DNA from: Acidobacteriota bacterium
GTDB lineage: Bacteria > Acidobacteriota > UBA6911
Length of the DNA: 64,000 nt
Direction of reading: 5' to 3'
NCBI GenBank assembly: GCA_963664705.1
Contig: OY761556.1
Coordinates: 6,144,001 to 6,208,000, forward strand
This document shows, piece after piece, positions 37,215 through 47,836 of this stretch; position 1 is the stretch's first letter; each line of letters opens with the position of its first letter. A program made the position numbers and the translations under genes. The notes under the pieces were generated by a model. That model made no database searches. It saw only the letters and a program-made list of their open reading frames with translations, and was not told the origin of the DNA.

Positions 37215-39562
37215 TGAAAAAGTTCACACACCATAATGCGCGATCGCTGAAAGAAGCCGCGACTCTGCTGTCGAAATACAATGGGAAAGCGAAGGTCAAC
37301 GCCGGCGGGACGGATCTCCTGGGGACGCTTCGAGAGAACAGTGCCGCGGACTATCCGGAAGCCGTCATCAATATCAAGAACGTTCCGAAACTCAATTATG
37401 TCAAAGCCGGCAGCAGAGGCTTGAAAATAGGCGCCCTCACAACTCTTGCAGATTTGCTGAAGTCGCCTGCAATTCGGGCGGATTATCCGCTTCTGGCGGA
37501 AGCAACCCATGCGGTGGCAAGTCCGAATTTGAGAAACATGGCTACGATTGGCGGCAACCTTGCCCAGGACGTACGGTGCTGGTATTACCGCTATCCCCAG
37601 CAGATTGGCGGGCCGATTGTCTGCCTTCGCAAAGGAGGCAAGACCTGCAGCGCCCTGCTGGGAGACAACCGGTACCATTCTATCTTTGGTGCCGCGGCTG
37701 CGAATGAACGACGATGCGCCGGCCACTGCCCGGCCCACATCAACATACCGGGTTACCTGAAGCACGTTCGAAAGGGGAATCTCGGGGAGGCCGCCAGGGT
37801 GTTGATGCGGTACAACCCTATACCTGCGATTACGGGAAGAGTCTGCCCGATCTTTTGCGAACCACAGTGCAATCGCGCCGAGTTCGATGATTCGGTTGCC
37901 ATACACCTGGTGGAGCGTGGCGTTGGAGACTACATCCTTGATCATGTTGTGGAGTGCTTCGTCCCTCCTCAAACAACATCCGGGAAAAAGATCGCCATCA
38001 TCGGTTCCGGGCCGGCCGGAATGACGGCGGCCTTCTATCTGAGAAAGTCCGGTCACGAAGTTACCGTATATGAACGGATGCCGGAAGCCGGTGGTATGCT
38101 TTCCTATAGCATCCCGCCATTCCGTTTGCCGAAGGATGTGGTCCGACGGCAAGTCCAGGCGCTGCAGTCCATGGGGATCCGGTTTGAAGTCGGATCGACA
38201 ATAACGGATCCGCGCGCTATCGATCAGATGCAATCCAGTTTTGATGCGGTGTTGCTGGCCGGCGGGACCTGGAAAAGCCTGAAGCTTGGCATTGCGGGAG
38301 AGGATGCGCCGAACGTTTCCCATGCGCTTGATTACCTCAGCAAAATCAATGCCGGCGAGAAAATCGCCCTGGGCCGCAGGGTTATTGTCGTTGGCGGGGG
38401 CAGCGTTGCGATTGATGTAGCCAGAACCGCTCGCAGGCTGGGATCGGAAGACGTCCTTATCGTTTGCCTGGAGACGAGAGATCTCGCGTCCGGTGATCGG
38501 ATGCCGGCTTTGGATTGGGAAATTGCGGAGGCGGAAGAGGAAGGCATTGTCATTCATCCTTCCGCCGGAGTCCGGGAGTTCCTGTTGCAGGACGGACGGG
38601 CGGTTGGAATCAGAACGAAACGATGTGTTTCTGTGCGCGAACAGGACGGCCGGTTCAATCCCCAATATGATGAATCGGCTGAAGGCGAAAGCTACCAGGC
38701 CGAAAGCATCGTTGTGGCAATTGGGCAAGCCGATGACCAGACGTTGGCATTTGTCCAACAGGCAGCCTCTGGTCAGGGTCGGACATTTTCCTGCGGCGAT
38801 ATGACCTCCGGCCCATCCACGGTTATCCAGGCAGTTGCTTCCGCGAAAACTGCCGTTCAGGACATTGAGACATATTTGAATGGTGGCCGACTGCCTGACG
38901 TGAGCGACGAGGAACCGGAGTTTGCGGAATCCAGTTTCGAAAATATTCCGAGAGCCGTGGTCCATGCAGCGAACGTGGCTGACCGGATCCGGAGTATCGA
39001 TGGCGAAGATGTTCCAGGCCTCAGCCTGGCTGACATCGAAACCGAAGCGAAGCGGTGCGTCAGCTGCGGGTGCCTCGCGGTGGGGCCATCCGATCTGGCC
39101 ATTGCGCTGGTTGCCCTGGATGCAAGCATCGTTACCACGCAGAGAACGCTGGAGGCCAAGGCGTTTTTCGCGGCCAGCGCGACATCTTCGACTGTTCTCC
39201 GACCCGATGAACTGGTCAAGGAAATTCAAATTCCTAAACCGCCAAAGGGAGCGCATCAGAGTTATCGCAAATTTACCCTGCGGAAACCGCTCGATTTTGC
39301 TGTTGTGAGCGTGGCGTCCATCATTTCATCCAAGAACGGAATTTGTTCTGATGCACGCATCACGCTTGGCGCTGTAGCGCCGGCTCCTCTGCGTGCCAGC
39401 GCGGCCGAAACAGCATTGCAGGGAAAGCCTCTCAACGAAGAATCCGCTTCCGAGGCGGCAACGCTTGCTTTGAATGGCGCCATGCCACTGAGTATGAACG
39501 CGTATAAGGCTGAGATTGCCCGCGTGCTGATCCGGCGATCGATTCTGGGCATCCCGGAATAG
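37214..39562 (+). CDS. FAD subunit (CoxM/PaoB/HcrB-like) with inserted GltD-like NAD(P)-FAD/FeS oxidoreductase module
   Basis: ATG at 37214 overlaps the stop of the large subunit. AGGTDL, RNMATIGGN and RCWYYR, then CAGHCPAH, GRVCPIFCEPQC, GSGPAG, GGGSVA and EAKRCVSC, then CLAVGPSD, DFAVVSVA and LGAVAP. Confidence 0.9.
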   Translation: MKKFTHHNARSLKEAATLLSKYNGKAKVNAGGTDLLGTLRENSAADYPEAVINIKNVPKLNYVKAGSRGLKIGALTTLADLLKSPAIRADYPLLAEATHAVASPNLRNMATIGGNLAQDVRCWYYRYPQQIGGPIVCLRKGGKTCSALLGDNRYHSIFGAAAANERRCAGHCPAHINIPGYLKHVRKGNLGEAARVLMRYNPIPAITGRVCPIFCEPQCNRAEFDDSVAIHLVERGVGDYILDHVVECFVPPQTTSGKKIAIIGSGPAGMTAAFYLRKSGHEVTVYERMPEAGGMLSYSIPPFRLPKDVVRRQVQALQSMGIRFEVGSTITDPRAIDQMQSSFDAVLLAGGTWKSLKLGIAGEDAPNVSHALDYLSKINAGEKIALGRRVIVVGGGSVAIDVARTARRLGSEDVLIVCLETRDLASGDRMPALDWEIAEAEEEGIVIHPSAGVREFLLQDGRAVGIRTKRCVSVREQDGRFNPQYDESAEGESYQAESIVVAIGQADDQTLAFVQQAASGQGRTFSCGDMTSGPSTVIQAVASAKTAVQDIETYLNGGRLPDVSDEEPEFAESSFENIPRAVVHAANVADRIRSIDGEDVPGLSLADIETEAKRCVSCGCLAVGPSDLAIALVALDASIVTTQRTLEAKAFFAASATSSTVLRPDELVKEIQIPKPPKGAHQSYRKFTLRKPLDFAVVSVASIISSKNGICSDARITLGAVAPAPLRASAAETALQGKPLNEESASEAATLALNGAMPLSMNAYKAEIARVLIRRSILGIPE

Positions 39563-39586
39563 CTGCGGTAGGACCTGCGACAGCTT

Positions 39587-39616
39587 GGAGACTGAGAGCC
39601 GGCGCTCTCAGTCTCC
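39587..39616. terminator. Hairpin between convergent genes
   Basis: GGAGACTGAGAGC / GCTCTCAGTCTCC 13-bp inverted repeat. Confidence 0.65.
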
Positions 39617-39626
39617 GAGAGTGTTC

Positions 39627-40313
39627 CTATTGAGTCAAATAGGAAAGAACTTCACCCATAATCCCATTGATGTTACGGTAGAAATCCTCGGGCGCAGTGC
39701 GCACCTCCGCTTCCGTCTGAACATATTTGCCGGGAACCGCAACATCGCTCAGACAGTTGTCTAAAATGCTGAGGGCTAGTTCAGGCGTTGTTTCCAGGTG
39801 AAATTGCAGGCCAAGCACATTCCTGCCAATTTGGAATGCCTGATTCTCACAACCCTCGCTCCTGGCCAGCTGCACGGCGCCCGCGGGCAGATCGAAGGTC
39901 TCGCCGTGCCAATGAAAGGCAGTAAAATCCTTCGGAAATTGGAACGCAGTCGCCGGGCCGGGGACTGTCCGTACGGGAAACCAACCGATCTCCCGCTCAC
40001 CATTTCGATACACCTTTGCCCCTAGAGCGCTGGCGATCAGCTGAGCGCCAAGGCAAATCCCAAGGACTGGAATGCCTCGCGCCACGGCATCCCGGACGAA
40101 CTGCTTCTCAGGAACAAGCCAGGGGAAGACTTCTTCATCGTTCACGCTCATCGATCCGCCCATGATGATGATCATTTCAATGGAATCCAGCGAAGGGAGT
40201 ACTGCCGATTCGAAAAAGCGTGTGTGGGAGATCCGGGCTCCGCATGCCTTCAGCCAGGAATCGATGCTGCCAATACTCTCGAACGGGACATGCTGCAAAA
40301 TGTGAACCTTCAT
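39627..40313 (-). CDS. Class I glutamine amidotransferase (GMP-synthase-like, standalone)
   Basis: QHVPFE, GICLGAQ, WHGE and QFHLE triad motifs. Confidence 0.92.
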   Translation of the reverse strand: MKVHILQHVPFESIGSIDSWLKACGARISHTRFFESAVLPSLDSIEMIIIMGGSMSVNDEEVFPWLVPEKQFVRDAVARGIPVLGICLGAQLIASALGAKVYRNGEREIGWFPVRTVPGPATAFQFPKDFTAFHWHGETFDLPAGAVQLARSEGCENQAFQIGRNVLGLQFHLETTPELALSILDNCLSDVAVPGKYVQTEAEVRTAPEDFYRNINGIMGEVLSYLTQ

Positions 40314-40345
40314 GAAGGCAATCCTTTGAATGTCTGTGCTGATAG

Positions 40346-41302
40346 TTAGGCTGACTTCCTATTGAATAGCAGCACCGCGCTTTCCAGTTCCGGAGGGATG
40401 ACCATTAAGCTCAACTTTCGGTCGATGCCCCACTCAAACCTGGTCTGTTCTTCATAGCTGGTCCAGTTTCCACTGGCAAACCTGAACCGGCTTCCAATGA
40501 CGATATAGGATTCGACGCTCCTTGTATTGAACACATGCCGCTCGAAGCTGTTTCCCGGAGGCGGCCAGGAGCAGATCACGACCTGCGGTTCGTATTTTGC
40601 CAACGCCTGCTTCGCCCCCAGCTTTTCCACGGCATCCGGGTATTCGATGCGATGGCTCCAGCTATAGTCATCGGTGGCCCGTGCGGATATTCCCTGCTTT
40701 GTAAGAAATCCCGTCAGGGTCCCATCGCCTGCGCCTATCTCAAGGCAGGTTCGATTCCCGATGAATCGGCAGAATTCCCATGTCAGTTCCCGGGAATAAA
40801 AACAATAGATGCCCTTGGTTTGCACCAGGGGCATCAAGATCCTCTTTTGAGTGATAAATCGCCACCAGAAGTTGAAGCATTTTAGAGACGCCGGCTTCCG
40901 CGTCAGATGGCGCTCAAAAAGAAGTTTCTGAATGATATATCCATTGATCCGGTTCAGGCGGACCTTTCCCGTCGAGCCGATCGCGGCCGTTTGGTAGCAC
41001 AGGCCGGCGGCCAGAAGGAACATTCTGTTACGGATCAATTGCGGCATTGCCGACTCTATAACTTTGGGATTGTGCCGGCTTTTTTCGACCCGGTTTTTCC
41101 ATGTCTCCTGGGTCAGTCTTTTTTGAGTGCAGGAATCGGTGAATTCAGGGCCGTTGCTGTTCTTGAGAGCGTTTATGAGTTCGGGCCCCACGCATTGCCA
41201 ATCCTGCGGGTATCGATCCATTAGCTCCTGAAGGCTTGCCTTGTGACAGACCCAGATATATTCATCCTTCGGACGCAGTTTTTCGCTCATGAATTCTTGC
41301 AC
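40346..41302 (-). CDS. Hypothetical protein with C-terminal SAM-methyltransferase-like fold
   Basis: LEIGAGDG motif, ATDD and VICSWPP. Confidence 0.65.
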   Translation of the reverse strand: MQEFMSEKLRPKDEYIWVCHKASLQELMDRYPQDWQCVGPELINALKNSNGPEFTDSCTQKRLTQETWKNRVEKSRHNPKVIESAMPQLIRNRMFLLAAGLCYQTAAIGSTGKVRLNRINGYIIQKLLFERHLTRKPASLKCFNFWWRFITQKRILMPLVQTKGIYCFYSRELTWEFCRFIGNRTCLEIGAGDGTLTGFLTKQGISARATDDYSWSHRIEYPDAVEKLGAKQALAKYEPQVVICSWPPPGNSFERHVFNTRSVESYIVIGSRFRFASGNWTSYEEQTRFEWGIDRKLSLMVIPPELESAVLLFNRKSA

Positions 41303-41478
41303 CTTCCGGGCGACGCCGGATTCATTACCCGGCTAGGAGGTTAACATCCTGGGAGGAGCGGAACAACCGTTTCGCCGCAGACAGGAATGATTTAACCTTT
41401 TTTGTTTGGAAACTTCAGGAGAGCGTGTCTAAATACTTCGTCGCACTATACGGGTGAGAGTGGGTGACAGGAAATTAT

Positions 41479-42057
41479 ATGCAACCGTTTAAGAGCCCTT
41501 TCGAAATTCAGGATTTTATCAATACGCTGAAATATCGTCCGGATGGCGGAGCGATGTCACCGCTCGTGGTTGAGCGCACCGGCAAGGCAAATTGCTTCGA
41601 TGGGGCGGTATATGCGGCGGCTGCATTGGAAACACTCGGCTTCCCACCGCTTATCGTGGATCTGCTTGCAAAGAAGGACGACGATCACGTGATCGCGGTA
41701 TATCACGCCGGGGGATGGGGAGCTCTGGCTCAGTCCAATACCACGATGCTGCGAGCGCGGGAACCCGTATACCGCAGTCTGCGCGAGCTTGTGATGTCTT
41801 ATTTCGATGGCTATTTCAATGTCCATGGATACAAAAGCTTGCGAGGCTACTCTGCTCCGGTGAATCTGAAACGGTTCGATTCCTTGAAGTGGCGGACAAC
41901 CGAAGACAGTCTGGATGCCGTGGAGAGCTATCTCTTCAAGGTCAGGCATTACCCACTCATCACCCGGCAGATGGAACGAAAACTGGTACCGGCAGAGCCG
42001 CTGCTGATACGTGCCTGTTTCCTCAATGCAAACAAGAAGGGCCTCTATCAGCCCTGA
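41479..42057 (+). CDS. Conserved hypothetical protein, transglutaminase/papain-like Cys-His candidate
   Basis: NCFDGA, DDDHVIA and REPVYRSLRELVMSYF. Start 41464 (GTG) or 41479 (ATG). Confidence 0.65.
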   Translation: MQPFKSPFEIQDFINTLKYRPDGGAMSPLVVERTGKANCFDGAVYAAAALETLGFPPLIVDLLAKKDDDHVIAVYHAGGWGALAQSNTTMLRAREPVYRSLRELVMSYFDGYFNVHGYKSLRGYSAPVNLKRFDSLKWRTTEDSLDAVESYLFKVRHYPLITRQMERKLVPAEPLLIRACFLNANKKGLYQP

Positions 42058-42263
42058 CCGGCTCGATCAGATGCGGACCAAGGAAGTTCTCCCGCATCAA
42101 TATGGATACGAATAATTACTATTTCGCTGACGCATTGCTCCTGTTCTCGGCAGAACGAAAAAAGGACCGGAAAAATTGTGTCTAAGGGCGTATAAATTGT
42201 TTGTTTGGACATATCTTGATGATGACAAAACGTTTGGAATGATCCGACCCCGGGAGGAAAAGC

Positions 42264-43910
42264 ATGGGAGCAAAAATGAAGTCTTTGACCAGGCTTGCCG
42301 CATGGAAGGCTCTCGCGGCACATCGTAAGGATTGGGGTTATCCTCTGACGGAGCTTTTTGAGGAAGATCCGGACCGTGGCGCGCGCATGACCGCAGAGGC
42401 TGCCGGCCTCTTCCTGGATTATTCAAAAAACTACGTTTTGCCCGAGACATTGGAACTGCTTGTTCAACTTGCCGAGGAATGTGATTTGCGCGGCAAAATT
42501 GATGCCATGTTCCGGGGAGACAAAATTAATATTACGGAAAACCGGTCTGTCCTGCACGTAGCGCTTCGTGCCCCCCAGGGTTCTTCCATTATTTGTGATG
42601 GCGAGAATGTAGTGCCCAAAGTGCAGGCCGTCCTGGAAAGAATGGCGACCTTTACCGGACGCATCTGGAACGGCTCGTGGAAAGGCTTCACGGAGAAACC
42701 GATCAGGAACATTGTCAATATCGGGATTGGTGGTTCCGATCTGGGGCCGGTGATGGCGTATGAGGCCCTCCGGTACTACAGCAGACGTTCCATGACGTTT
42801 CGGTTCATTTCCAATATCGATGGGACGGATCTTGTGGAAGCGGTAAGGGATTTGGATGCCGAGGAAACTCTCTTTATCATTTCCTCCAAGACCTTCACCA
42901 CGCTTGAAACAATGACCAATGCAGAGACTGCCCGCGCATGGCTGCTGCAAAAACTCAATGCTGGAGAAGAGGCGGTCGCAAAGCACTTTGTCGCTGTATC
43001 CACGAATGTCGCAGCCGTCACCCGGTTCGGAATCGATGCTGATAATATGTTCGAATTCTGGGATTGGGTTGGAGGGCGATATTCCATGGATTCGGCCATC
43101 GGTCTCGCGACCATGCTGGCAATTGGTCCCGACAATTTCCGGAAGCTGCTCCATGGATTCCACCAGATGGACGAGCATTTCCGCACGGCGCCTTTTGAAA
43201 GCAACCTGCCGGTGCTCCTGGCGCTTCTTTCGATCTGGTACTCCGATTTCTTTGACGCCGAAGCCATCGCCGTCCTTCCCTATGAGCAGTACTTGAAGCG
43301 CTTTCCCGCCTATCTTCAACAGTTAACAATGGAGAGCAACGGCAAGTACGTTACCTTGGATGGGAGAGAGGCCGATTATCAGACAAGTCCCGTTTACTGG
43401 GGCGAGCCCGGCACAAATGGCCAGCACTCCTTTTATCAATTGTTGCACCAGGGGACGCGGCTGATTCCGTGCGACTTTATCGCATTTGCTGAACCGCTGA
43501 ATCAGGTGGGCCGTCATCACGACCTTCTGATGGCGAACGTTTTTGCGCAGGCTGAAGCGCTTGCTTTCGGTAAAACGCTGGAAGAAGTGAAAGCCGAAGG
43601 CGTCGAGGATTGGCTGGCCCCTCACAAAGTTTTTGATGGGAACCGTCCGTCCAATACCATTCTTGCGCAGAAACTGACTCCTGAGGTACTCGGCAGCCTC
43701 GTCGCCCTTTACGAGCATTGCGTGTTCACCCAGGGGGCTATCTGGAATATTGATTCGTTTGACCAGTGGGGTGTTGAACTGGGCAAAGTTCTGGCCCAGA
43801 GGATTGTCCCCGAGCTTGAATCTCCGGCTGAGCCCGAGCTCCATCATGACAGTTCCACCAATGCCTTGATTCGGCGCTACCGGCGGCTCCGGCAGAATAT
43901 CGGATCGTGA
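42264..43910 (+). CDS. pgi: Glucose-6-phosphate isomerase
   Basis: [35 protein letters not shown] and [10 protein letters not shown]. Confidence 0.97.
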   Translation: MGAKMKSLTRLAAWKALAAHRKDWGYPLTELFEEDPDRGARMTAEAAGLFLDYSKNYVLPETLELLVQLAEECDLRGKIDAMFRGDKINITENRSVLHVALRAPQGSSIICDGENVVPKVQAVLERMATFTGRIWNGSWKGFTEKPIRNIVNIGIGGSDLGPVMAYEALRYYSRRSMTFRFISNIDGTDLVEAVRDLDAEETLFIISSKTFTTLETMTNAETARAWLLQKLNAGEEAVAKHFVAVSTNVAAVTRFGIDADNMFEFWDWVGGRYSMDSAIGLATMLAIGPDNFRKLLHGFHQMDEHFRTAPFESNLPVLLALLSIWYSDFFDAEAIAVLPYEQYLKRFPAYLQQLTMESNGKYVTLDGREADYQTSPVYWGEPGTNGQHSFYQLLHQGTRLIPCDFIAFAEPLNQVGRHHDLLMANVFAQAEALAFGKTLEEVKAEGVEDWLAPHKVFDGNRPSNTILAQKLTPEVLGSLVALYEHCVFTQGAIWNIDSFDQWGVELGKVLAQRIVPELESPAEPELHHDSSTNALIRRYRRLRQNIGS

Positions 43911-44614
43911 GCATGAAACTGGAAATTTTGGCGGATGCCGATTCCGTTGCGCGCAGGGCTGCGGCGATCATCGCGGATGCAGCGCGCAACGCGGTCGTGG
44001 ACAGAGGACGATTTGTTCTGGCTGTCAGCGGTGGCCGAACTCCCTGGGAAATGATGCGTGCATTCTCCGGCGAAGATGTTCCCTGGGCAGGGATCAGAAT
44101 TGTGCAGGTGGATGAGCGCGTCGCCCCGGATGGGGATGCCGATCGAAACCTGACGCATCTGCGCGCCTGCCTGCCGCAGGAAACTGCTTTGCTCCCGATA
44201 CAAATATATCCGATGCCTGTCGGGCAACCGGATCTGAGGGCGGCCGCGGATGACTATTCGCGAACGCTTGAAGAACTGGCCGGCCGCCCCGCCGTTCTTG
44301 ATCTGGTTCACCTAGGCCTCGGCTCAGACGGCCATACCGCTTCTCTTGTGCCCGGGGATCCGGTGCTTGATGCGCTCGATGTGGACGTTGCTTCCACCGG
44401 CATATACCAGGGAAGACCGCGCCTTACCCTTACCTACCCGGCCATCAATCGAGCACGATGTATCCTTTGGGTGGTGACGGGAAGCGAGAAGATGGAAATG
44501 CTTTCCCGTCTCTATCGCGGAGACCGGTCTATTCCGGCCGGTCGAGTGGCGCGCGAGCGCGCATGGATTCTTGCGGACCGCGCGGCAGGCGAAAACCTGG
44601 TTCCGGCGGTCTGA
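43907..44614 (+). CDS. pgl: 6-phosphogluconolactonase
   Basis: [22 protein letters not shown] and RLTLT; overlaps the pgi stop. Confidence 0.92.
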   Translation: MSMKLEILADADSVARRAAAIIADAARNAVVDRGRFVLAVSGGRTPWEMMRAFSGEDVPWAGIRIVQVDERVAPDGDADRNLTHLRACLPQETALLPIQIYPMPVGQPDLRAAADDYSRTLEELAGRPAVLDLVHLGLGSDGHTASLVPGDPVLDALDVDVASTGIYQGRPRLTLTYPAINRARCILWVVTGSEKMEMLSRLYRGDRSIPAGRVARERAWILADRAAGENLVPAV

Positions 44615-44638
44615 CCCTCGAGCTCCAAAATTCCCGGA

Positions 44639-45313
44639 TTACTTTCGCTTGAAGATCGGACGCAGCAAGTCCGGCATGAATTCTTTGAGAACCCCAAGTC
44701 CCACATTCCAGCCGGCCGTGATGGCGAAACGCGTGGCGGCATCGCCGGCAGAATCAGAACTGGGCGGCTGCCAAAGCCTGGAAATACCGGCTCCGCTTGC
44801 AAAGCCTGCAAGCAGGGATACGGACGGGTATCTCTTCCCATTGTCGTGGCGAGCCAGGACTCCACTCGACAGAGCATAGCTGATTCTCGGGCCGAAGCCC
44901 TTTTTTCCGGAGGCAAAGTATCGATTGTCTTCGTGCAGCAGGCTTTCAAGCCCAAACCTGACGGTATTCCGGATCGCATACTGGCCCAGGACATCCGCAT
45001 AGCGTTTCCCATAGCCGGAGCCACCCTGTTCCCATTCTTCAGGATCGTCCGACCATTGATGAAACCCGGCCGAAGCGGCAGTTTTGACAAACCAGATCGG
45101 ACTGCGCAAACTCCCCACAAATGCCCGATTCCGTTCTCCCTGGGTCAACGGCTTGAACTCACCCGGATTGTTTCCACTCTGTATATTGACCAGACCATAG
45201 GCGCGGCTCCAAACCGTGCCGGCGGATCCATTGTCCTGACAGACGGCGGGGACTATCCCCGCCATGATGACGGATAAAATTAGCCAGACGCGGACCGGTG
45301 GATTGTTCTTCAT
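44639..45313 (-). CDS. Exported/membrane hypothetical protein (family I associate with Acidobacteria)
   Basis: Signal peptide; PEEWEQGGSGYGKRY, LHEDNRY and KEFMPD. Confidence 0.7.
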   Translation of the reverse strand: MKNNPPVRVWLILSVIMAGIVPAVCQDNGSAGTVWSRAYGLVNIQSGNNPGEFKPLTQGERNRAFVGSLRSPIWFVKTAASAGFHQWSDDPEEWEQGGSGYGKRYADVLGQYAIRNTVRFGLESLLHEDNRYFASGKKGFGPRISYALSSGVLARHDNGKRYPSVSLLAGFASGAGISRLWQPPSSDSAGDAATRFAITAGWNVGLGVLKEFMPDLLRPIFKRK

Positions 45314-45440
45314 AGCAAAACGGACCTCGAAGACTCAAAGGCTCAAAGAAATTTCAGGTCTTCGAGCTCGGATCGGCAACGATCTATAGAATACTACACG
45401 GATCTTCGAGCCAACTTCCACTTTTAGTGTTCTGATGCAG

Positions 45441-45469
45441 TTGGATGACGGGTCGGGGTTTGCTATTAT
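45441..45469 (+). promoter_or_regulatory. Possible extended -10 sigma70 promoter for icd
   Basis: TTGGAT, 17 bp, TATTAT with a TG extension. Confidence 0.35.
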
Positions 45470-45541
45470 CAAGAAAAACCCAAGAATTCGAATTGTTTCA
45501 AGGATGATGGTTGGGTTTGCACTCTGGCTAAAGGAGTCGCT

Positions 45542-47776
45542 TTGAAAACTCAGACACCGACGATCATATGGACGTGGACGGATGAAGCCCCTGCACTGGC
45601 TACGCTGTCTTTTCTGCCAATAGTGAAAGCATTTACACAGGGAACGGGCATTGCCCTGGAGCTTTGGGATATCTCCCTTGCCGGGCGAATCCTTGCCAAT
45701 TTTCCGGATTGTCTGTCCGAGGGGCAGCGCATCCCGGATTACCTGACTCGGCTCGGTGAGTTGACGCTTCTTCCCGAAGCCAACATTATCAAGCTACCCA
45801 ACATTTCCGCTTCGATACCCCAGCTTACGGAAGCGATTCGAGAGCTTCAATCGCAGGGATACAATGTTCCCAATTATCCGGAAAACCCGCAGAACGAATC
45901 AGAGCGGGCCATACAGGCGCGATATTCGAAAGTTTTGGGAAGCGCTGTCAACCCTGTGATTCGCCAGGGGAATGCGGACCGTCGATCGCCCGCGTCCGTG
46001 AAGGAGTACGCAAGAAAGCACCCGATCAAAATGGGGGCGTGGAGTGCAGACTCAAAGACCCATGTTTCTCACATGACGCGTGGGGATTTTTACGAAAGCG
46101 AAAGATCCGTAACACTCGGTGCCGACATCCGTGTGCGTTATGAATTTGTAAGTCCCGAAGGCTCGGTTCAAGTGCTAAAGGAAGATGTCTCGCTTCCTGC
46201 GAATTGTGTCCTGGATACTTCGGTTATGCACGTGCGTGAGTTGCGTTCATTCTATGAAGAGCAGATTGAGGAAGCAAAACGACAGGGCGTCCTTTTGTCG
46301 CTGCACCTGAAAGCGACCATGATGAAGGTGTCGGACCCGGTTTTGTTCGGCCACGCCGTCAGTGTCTACTATCGACCCGTTCTGGAGAAGCATGCGGATG
46401 CCATGCGGCAGATCGGATTCAACCCGGATAATGGAGTGGGGGACCTTCTCTGCCGGCTCCATACTTTGCCTCCCGAAAAGAAATCGGAGATTGAAGCGGA
46501 CATAAGGGCTTTGTACGAAAGCCGCCCCGCTCTTTCCATGGTCGACTCGGACCGGGGCGTAACCAACCTGCACCTCCCGAATCTCGTGATCATTGACGCG
46601 TCAATGCCGGCAATGATCCGCGATTCCGGAAAAATGTGGGGTCCCGACGGCAAGCTCCACGATACGAATGCCATGCTCCCTGACCGTTGTTATTCGACAA
46701 TGTATAAGGAAATTGTCGAGGATTGCCAACGACACGGGGCGTTCGATCAGACCACGATGGGGAGTGTTCCGAATGTCGGCCTGATGGCACAGGAGGCGGA
46801 GGAATACGGCTCGCATGACAAAACATTTATAGCCAGGGGGGGCGGCAGGATTCGCGTCGTCAACCAGGCCACGGGGGATTCGATCCTCGAACAACCTGTG
46901 GAAGAAGGGGATGTTTTTCGATCATGCCGCACTACGGATGCCGCGATTCGCGATTGGGTAAAACTGGCGGTGCATCGGGCCAAAGCCAGCGGCGCGCCCG
47001 CTGTATTCTGGCTGGACCGGAGCCGTGCCCACGATAGGGAAGTCATCAGCAAAGTGGAATTGTATCTGAAGGAGCACGACACGCAGGGATTGGATATTCG
47101 AATTCTGGATCCTGTGGAGGCAATGAGATTCTCGCTTGCGCGGATCCGAAAAGGACAGGACACCATTTCGGTGGGCGGCAATGTGGTTCGCGACTACCTG
47201 ACGGATCTGTTCCCGATTCTGGAAATCGGCACTTCCGGCAAAGTATGGTCCATCGTACCGCTGCTGGCGGGAGGCGGACTGTTCGAAACCGGAGCCGGTG
47301 GCTCTGCTCCAAAACACGTTCAGCAGTTCCAGAAAGAAAACTATTTGCGCTGGGATTCGCTGGGCGAATTTCTGGGCCTGGAAGCATCGCTGGAGCATCT
47401 GGCCGGGCAGTTCCAGAGTCAGCGTGCCGCTCTGCTGGCTGAGACCCTGGATCTGGCAATTGGCAAACTGCTCGATAACAACAAATCGCCGGCACGCAAG
47501 GTAGGAGAAATCGATAATCGAGGAAGTCACTTCTACCTCGCGATGTACTGGGCGGAAGCGCTGGCTTCTCAATCGAAGGATCCGGAATTGCAGGCACGCT
47601 TTGCTGCCGTGGCAAAGCAAATGTTCCAGGATGAAGCGAAAATCAATGCCGAGTTGATGGGGGCGCAACGCAAGCCTGTGGATATGGGCGGGTATTATCA
47701 TCCCGATATGGCCAAGACCGCCAAGGCCATGCGGGCCAGCGCAACCTTGAACGCCATTATCGACGGTATGGTTTAG
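45542..47776 (+). CDS. icd: Monomeric NADP-dependent isocitrate dehydrogenase
   Basis: [53 protein letters not shown] and LRWDSLGEF; TTG start with AGGAG RBS. Confidence 0.96.
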   Translation: MKTQTPTIIWTWTDEAPALATLSFLPIVKAFTQGTGIALELWDISLAGRILANFPDCLSEGQRIPDYLTRLGELTLLPEANIIKLPNISASIPQLTEAIRELQSQGYNVPNYPENPQNESERAIQARYSKVLGSAVNPVIRQGNADRRSPASVKEYARKHPIKMGAWSADSKTHVSHMTRGDFYESERSVTLGADIRVRYEFVSPEGSVQVLKEDVSLPANCVLDTSVMHVRELRSFYEEQIEEAKRQGVLLSLHLKATMMKVSDPVLFGHAVSVYYRPVLEKHADAMRQIGFNPDNGVGDLLCRLHTLPPEKKSEIEADIRALYESRPALSMVDSDRGVTNLHLPNLVIIDASMPAMIRDSGKMWGPDGKLHDTNAMLPDRCYSTMYKEIVEDCQRHGAFDQTTMGSVPNVGLMAQEAEEYGSHDKTFIARGGGRIRVVNQATGDSILEQPVEEGDVFRSCRTTDAAIRDWVKLAVHRAKASGAPAVFWLDRSRAHDREVISKVELYLKEHDTQGLDIRILDPVEAMRFSLARIRKGQDTISVGGNVVRDYLTDLFPILEIGTSGKVWSIVPLLAGGGLFETGAGGSAPKHVQQFQKENYLRWDSLGEFLGLEASLEHLAGQFQSQRAALLAETLDLAIGKLLDNNKSPARKVGEIDNRGSHFYLAMYWAEALASQSKDPELQARFAAVAKQMFQDEAKINAELMGAQRKPVDMGGYYHPDMAKTAKAMRASATLNAIIDGMV

Positions 47777-47780
47777 TAAC

Positions 47781-47810
47781 CGGGAGCGCCGCATCTCACG
47801 GGCGCTCCCG
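47781..47810. terminator. Hairpin between convergent genes
   Basis: CGGGAGCGCC / GGCGCTCCCG; related GGGAGCG arms also occur near 5069 and 29174. Confidence 0.55.
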
Positions 47811-47836
47811 ATAAATTGCCGGGCACGCTTCCGTGC

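Noticed and set aside
37157-39256. 699-aa antisense ORF (and many other long antisense ORFs)
   Set aside because: Shadow frames opposite well-supported genes, expected from GC codon bias; no motifs.
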